Notes under the pieces: model-generated
The model's database searches: none
The model's input: only the letters and a program-made list of their open reading frames with translations
Told to the model about the DNA's origin: nothing
Part shown: one piece after another, positions 36,121 through 39,658 of the stretch
Layout of the letters: the number at the start of each line of letters is the position of its first letter
Numbering within the stretch: the first letter of the stretch is position 1
Translations under genes and position numbers: made by a program
UHGV virus genome: UHGV-0177678
Length of the DNA stretch: 39,658 nucleotides
Source of the DNA: a virus
Reading direction: 5' to 3' (one strand)

Positions 36121-36266
36121 TGGCGCAACAGCATCCATCACGCAAACGGCGCGAAGCCTCTGTTTTGAACAGAAAAGTGGTCAAATCGGGATGAATAAAA
36201 CGTGCATAAAACGGGTCAAAAAGTGCATAGCGTTTTTTCGGTTCGAAACGCCTGTTTTTGCAATTT

Positions 36267-36869
36267 TCAGCCCATGAATTTTTTGTAGATATCTGCGGCC
36301 TCATGCGGGGACAGGTTCGCCGCGTCGGCTTTGGCTGCCTCGTCCATATTGTTGAACGATTCGAAAATTTTCGGTGCTCCCAGCTCCATAAGCAGGGTTG
36401 CCGGAACCTTTATCCCCTCAGCCTCAAGCAGCTGCGCCGCCTGTAGCGCAGAGTATTTCCCGGCCACCTTATGTTTCATCACCTCGCGAAGCACATCACG
36501 CTGGCGTTCTTCCTCGCTATAGACGCTGGTACCAAGACCGAGAGCCTTCGAGAAAACAGCAATATCGTTATGCGTGGGCAGAACATCTTCAATGGTTGTT
36601 GTCAGCCCCTTTGGTCCCCGGCTAACAATCTTTCGCTTGCGAACGTCCAGGCTTTTACCTGCAACATTGTTAATTTTTTCCATCAGAACTTCGCGAGCCT
36701 CGGTAAAGGCACGATTAAAGTCGGCATGTTCCTTGCGCCAGTTGCGGATAGTCGCCTCGTCAATTTCCAGTCGCTGGGCAACCATGCGGTTTGAGATCTT
36801 GTTACGGGCCAGAGCCATATCAATAACGATACCGACGTAGGCCTTCTTAAAGCTATTTTTACGGGCCAT
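36267..36869 (-). CDS. Terminase small subunit.
   Basis: 200 aa with an N-terminal HTH-like region. Directly precedes TerL. Confidence 0.6.
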   Translation of the reverse strand: MARKNSFKKAYVGIVIDMALARNKISNRMVAQRLEIDEATIRNWRKEHADFNRAFTEAREVLMEKINNVAGKSLDVRKRKIVSRGPKGLTTTIEDVLPTHNDIAVFSKALGLGTSVYSEEERQRDVLREVMKHKVAGKYSALQAAQLLEAEGIKVPATLLMELGAPKIFESFNNMDEAAKADAANLSPHEAADIYKKFMG

Positions 36870-37115
36870 ACGCTTACCTGAAATCGAGTGCTGTTTATAT
36901 TTTGTTCAAAATTATTTTTCCGCATTTTGCGTGCGGAATAATTCTGAGAAAAAATCTGCTCCGGGGCCGCAAGCCTGCTGGGTTTAAGTGCGGAATTAAA
37001 AACGTCAAAAAATGCGGAGTTATCGATTTTCCGTAAAAACTGCGATTTAATGCCCGGAGGCCGCGCAGAATGGGGAGATAGTGGATCGCCCTAATATTTC
37101 CACTATGTGGATAAC
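36870..37115. other. Packaging-site candidate (cos/pac) and possible recombinase target region.
   Basis: 246-bp non-coding region upstream of terS. TGCGGAAT appears at 36932-36939 and 36989-36996, with CCGCATTTT and its inverse AAAATGCGG nearby. Inverted repeat AATTATT(TTT)CCGCA-ttttgcg-TGCGGAATAATT at 36911-36946. Palindrome CCAC-TAT-GTGG near 37090. Confidence 0.35.
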
Positions 37116-38120
37116 TCAGTCCAAATCCATCTCCACCACTTCACCGAACAGGTGACCGTAAACATCCATTGTGGTTTTGATGTTCGAATGCCCAATAAGT
37201 CGGGAAACCTTCAGGATATCGACGCCTTTGTTTGCCAAGCGAGATACAGCAAAGTGGCGAAGATGATGGAATCGCTTAATGCCATAGTCGTTCAGAGTTC
37301 TGACGAGAACGCCCTGAGTGCCGTAGCTGGTAGCGAGGCATGCGCCGGTAAACTGGTTGCAGATAAGAGGCTCAGAGGTACCGAGTTTACTTTTATCCAG
37401 CAACGCGAAAAGCTCACGCGGCATCCGTACCCGGCGCTCCACTCCTCTTTTCAGCCCCTCATGTATAACGCCGTCAACAACATGCCCCCGGATGTCGATC
37501 CAGTCGGCTGACACGTCGTTATACGTAACCGCCAGAGCCTCACCGATGCGCAGGCCACAAATCCCGAGCCAGCACGCGATACGCTCACGAACTGGCGCGT
37601 TATTCAGTAGCTCCCTGACCGATGATGATGGCGGTATGGTGATAGGCCGACGCTTCCGGCGCGCGGGACGGTCAACAGGGTTAAAAGTGATGAGCCGCTT
37701 TTCCACCAGCAGGAAAAAAGCCGAACGAATCCAGCGATGGCAGCCGGTGCGAACCGAATCAACGATATCGCGATGGCTGATATGGAGAATGTTTTTTTCC
37801 AGTATCGGCCCGTCTACAGCGAGAAGATCGTGACGGCATTTCGTATATGACGAGAGCCGTATGATATTTTTTTCCAGCTTGCCGGCCTGATACCCCAGAT
37901 AAAACAGAATTAACTTTCGGAAAGACCAGGAATGGTCTATTCCGGTCCAGCTGGCAGTTCGACAATCCAGCTCGATATTCTGTTTTTGCCAGAAAAGATG
38001 TGCGGCATCATCAATATTCTTAAAAATGCGGCGGCGTCCATGTCCGGATTTTTCATCCTTCCAGTGGACGTAATATTTTGATTGTCCATTGGCATCAGTG
38101 GATTCTTTTATCGAAGCCAT
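37116..38120 (-). CDS. Orphan tyrosine recombinase between the lysis and packaging modules.
   Basis: ATG at 38120 after GAGGA. Box I GLRIGEAL, H-x-x-R in HHLRHFAVS, and the catalytic Tyr in GHSNIKTTMDVYGHL. This is in addition to the P4-type integrase at 12.6 kb. Confidence 0.7.
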   Translation of the reverse strand: MASIKESTDANGQSKYYVHWKDEKSGHGRRRIFKNIDDAAHLFWQKQNIELDCRTASWTGIDHSWSFRKLILFYLGYQAGKLEKNIIRLSSYTKCRHDLLAVDGPILEKNILHISHRDIVDSVRTGCHRWIRSAFFLLVEKRLITFNPVDRPARRKRRPITIPPSSSVRELLNNAPVRERIACWLGICGLRIGEALAVTYNDVSADWIDIRGHVVDGVIHEGLKRGVERRVRMPRELFALLDKSKLGTSEPLICNQFTGACLATSYGTQGVLVRTLNDYGIKRFHHLRHFAVSRLANKGVDILKVSRLIGHSNIKTTMDVYGHLFGEVVEMDLD

Positions 38121-38196
38121 ACTGAACAATCCTCACTCAAAAAACATTATCAAAGCCACTCAGTGAATGACTTTTGTAATGTCATGCTGGCAATAG

Positions 38197-38742
38197 TCAT
38201 TGCCTGCCCTTCTCAATTTCACGTATTCCAGCCAGCTGGTTATTTGCTTTTTCGATAGCGGCCAGCAGCGGCTTAATCCAGAGAACAGCCTGACAATACG
38301 TCAGCGTGCTGGTGGTAGTGGCACTATCACCGGCTGCGTCAGCGTTCCCGGAATCGGTGTGCATTGCGCTGGCACGTAGACGGTGCGTGTATTCGAGCAG
38401 CCCACCAGCGACATCAGCAGGAACAGGCAGATCACAGGTTTTTTCACGGCGGAGAATCTCCCGATATTCAATAACAGTTTTATCGGAGCTGGCATCAATC
38501 AGTGAATTTAGTCGGCTGGCGTTTTCGGCCACCTGGTTAAACCGGTTGAAGTTGAAAGCCTGAGCAGCGATAACCGTCCCCTGCAGGGTGTTGTCACTGC
38601 GCAGAACGTTATTATCACTCTTTAGCGTAGCAACGTCAGATCGGCTGTTTGCCAGCAGGACACACAGTACGGCGACTACAGCAATGACGACCACCAGCAG
38701 TATCAGACGCCATGAGGCTTTAATATCAGCAAGGGTAATCAC
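38197..38742 (-). CDS. Rz: Rz-like i-spanin.
   Basis: N-terminal TM segment (LILLVVVIAVVAVLCVLLA) then a periplasmic coiled coil. Follows the endolysin gene. Confidence 0.7.
   Translation of the reverse strand: MITLADIKASWRLILLVVVIAVVAVLCVLLANSRSDVATLKSDNNVLRSDNTLQGTVIAAQAFNFNRFNQVAENASRLNSLIDASSDKTVIEYREILRREKTCDLPVPADVAGGLLEYTHRLRASAMHTDSGNADAAGDSATTTSTLTYCQAVLWIKPLLAAIEKANNQLAGIREIEKGRQ
38301..38447 (-). CDS. Rz1: Rz1-like o-spanin lipoprotein nested in the +1 frame of Rz.
   Basis: GTG start. MKKPVICLFLLMSLVGCSN has an LVGC lipobox and is followed by a Pro-rich mature peptide. Fully inside Rz. Confidence 0.65.
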   Translation of the reverse strand: MKKPVICLFLLMSLVGCSNTRTVYVPAQCTPIPGTLTQPVIVPLPPAR

Positions 38743-39179
38743 GACAGGAACAGAGCACGCTCCGCCTCACGCCGACGGGTCAGTCCAGTCAGGACTTTGC
38801 CACCGGCTTTATTCCAGCGCAGGAACTCGTCGGCAGCGCCAGCGTAATCACCGGCGTTGAGTTTGCGCAGGAGGGTCGATGTCGACAGGGAGCGAGCGCC
38901 GAGGTTATACGTGAACGACACCAGCGCATCGAACTGGCCCTGAGTCAGTCCGACCTTGACCAGGCGCGAGACGTCATTTTCGTAGCTGACCAGCCCTGTT
39001 TTCAGAAGGCGCTCTGCAGTGTCCTGTTTAATGATCATCCCGGCGCGAATTGGCTTTCCATCGACAGGCTGAGTCCACCCATAACCAATCGTCCAGACGC
39101 CTACGCTGTCCTGGTATGCAGCAAGCTTGCATCCTTCAAACTCTTTAATCAGGGAAATCCCTTTATCACTGGTTTGCAT
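38739..39179 (-). CDS. Endolysin, GH24 (T4/P22 gp19-like) lysozyme.
   Basis: Start MQTSDKGISLIKEFEGCKLAAYQDSVGVWTIGYGWT carries the catalytic E-8aa-D-5aa-T pattern. The TAATG overlap joins it to the upstream holin. Confidence 0.8.
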   Translation of the reverse strand: MQTSDKGISLIKEFEGCKLAAYQDSVGVWTIGYGWTQPVDGKPIRAGMIIKQDTAERLLKTGLVSYENDVSRLVKVGLTQGQFDALVSFTYNLGARSLSTSTLLRKLNAGDYAGAADEFLRWNKAGGKVLTGLTRRREAERALFLS

Positions 39180-39454
39180 TACGATGCCCTCACAAATTTT
39201 GCTAGGTTCCCACCGGCCAGCCAGACCGCAACGCAAACCGTCGCATTCAGCATGAATTCACCAGGGTCAACCTGCATGTAATCGCCGTGGATGATCCGGA
39301 ATGCGGTATACCCGGCGGACAGAATTATCAGATACGCAAACAATGAGACGCCACGCCGATATGATTTTCCCGTCTTATTGAAGAACATCAGACGGAACAT
39401 TATCAGCAGGCAAACCACCGCATTTGCGTGAGGAATCAGCGAATCCCATATCAT
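39179..39454 (-). CDS. Holin-like membrane protein with three TM segments.
   Basis: 91 aa with three hydrophobic helices. ATGA overlap with the upstream gene's stop. Confidence 0.55.
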   Translation of the reverse strand: MIWDSLIPHANAVVCLLIMFRLMFFNKTGKSYRRGVSLFAYLIILSAGYTAFRIIHGDYMQVDPGEFMLNATVCVAVWLAGGNLAKFVRAS

Positions 39455-39658
39455 TCATCACCCCCATCCAGTCCGGGAAGGCTCCCGTTTTTGGATTTGG
39501 ACAAAATGCGAAGAAGGATAGCGACCGAAATGGACGCGGCCACCAGCGCGCCGATATTTGGTGAAACTTCGATGGTCACTGGTGGCGTCAGCAAACTAAG
39601 TGCTGAGTTAATAACGCCTGCCATAATTGTCGCCATAGGCACCGCGAACGAGACGCCA
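39451..39658 (-). CDS. Lysis-cassette membrane protein, C-terminal part (continues from 1..191 if the genome is circular).
   Basis: The frame is open from the window edge. Two TM helices and the charged tail SKSKNGSLPGLDGGDE are typical of a holin C-terminus. The frame is continuous with the gene truncated at nt 1. Confidence 0.5.
   Translation of the reverse strand, partial: GVSFAVPMATIMAGVINSALSLLTPPVTIEVSPNIGALVAASISVAILLRILSKSKNGSLPGLDGGDE

Noticed and set aside
1-39658. CRISPR arrays, rRNA or tRNA genes, and transposases.
   Set aside because: No regularly spaced direct repeats, no rRNA or tRNA-like conserved blocks, and no transposase-like ORFs or terminal inverted repeats were found.

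Overview
The window reads as a complete, or nearly complete, temperate enterobacterial phage genome of about 39.7 kb with a mosaic layout. Both window edges fall inside one minus-strand lysis-membrane gene that reads in frame across the 39658/1 junction, so the record is most likely a circular genome or contig linearised inside a gene. All calls below rest on ORF structure, remembered motifs and sequence signals; no database search was run.

Layout, following minus-strand transcription from about 6.9 kb, through coordinate 1 and on from 39658 down to 16.1 kb:
- Immunity switch: a cro-like HTH gene diverges from a cI/LexA-like S24 repressor, with GGTACAT operators between them.
- Early-right operon: two small genes (one broken by a G10 tract), a candidate origin, an SF2 helicase and a zinc-ribbon/Toprim primase.
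- A QuuD/phage-82-type Q antiterminator.
- A four-gene late moron operon at the stx-equivalent Q-to-holin position: a small acidic protein, a DUF115/Maf-like protein, a GT9-like glycosyltransferase and a SAM methyltransferase, closed by its own terminator.
- Lysis cassette: two membrane proteins, a GH24 endolysin, and Rz with Rz1 nested inside it.
- An orphan tyrosine recombinase next to a repeat-rich cos/pac-like region.
- TerS, TerL, portal, Mu-F-like protein, DUF2213 scaffold/protease-like protein and major capsid.
- Head-tail connectors, then a Mu/SfV-like contractile tail: sheath, tube, frameshifted chaperone, tape measure with an SLT domain, baseplate hub, spike, W, J and I proteins, a Gly/Ser/Thr-rich fibre and its assembly protein.

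On the plus strand, the repressor is followed by a terminator, then an operator-controlled strong promoter driving an AT-rich island of small acidic ORFs and further early accessory genes. One of these is an ORF6N/antirepressor-like protein. An AlpA-like excisionase converges on a P4-type integrase, and the attP region beside it carries repeated TGTACA arm motifs. Next to attP is an AT-rich conversion module: a DinI-like protein, a small membrane ORF and an Acyltransferase_3 (Oac-like) O-antigen acetylase.

The late operon is punctuated by at least five intrinsic terminators, consistent with Q-dependent read-through. The most system-like novelty is the methyltransferase, glycosyltransferase and DUF115 operon at the stx position. 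Other items worth follow-up are the orphan recombinase with a lox-like site, the acidic early island, a 27-bp element repeated upstream of terL and of the scaffold gene, a secreted moron inside the baseplate cluster, and the G10 tract that splits an early gene.
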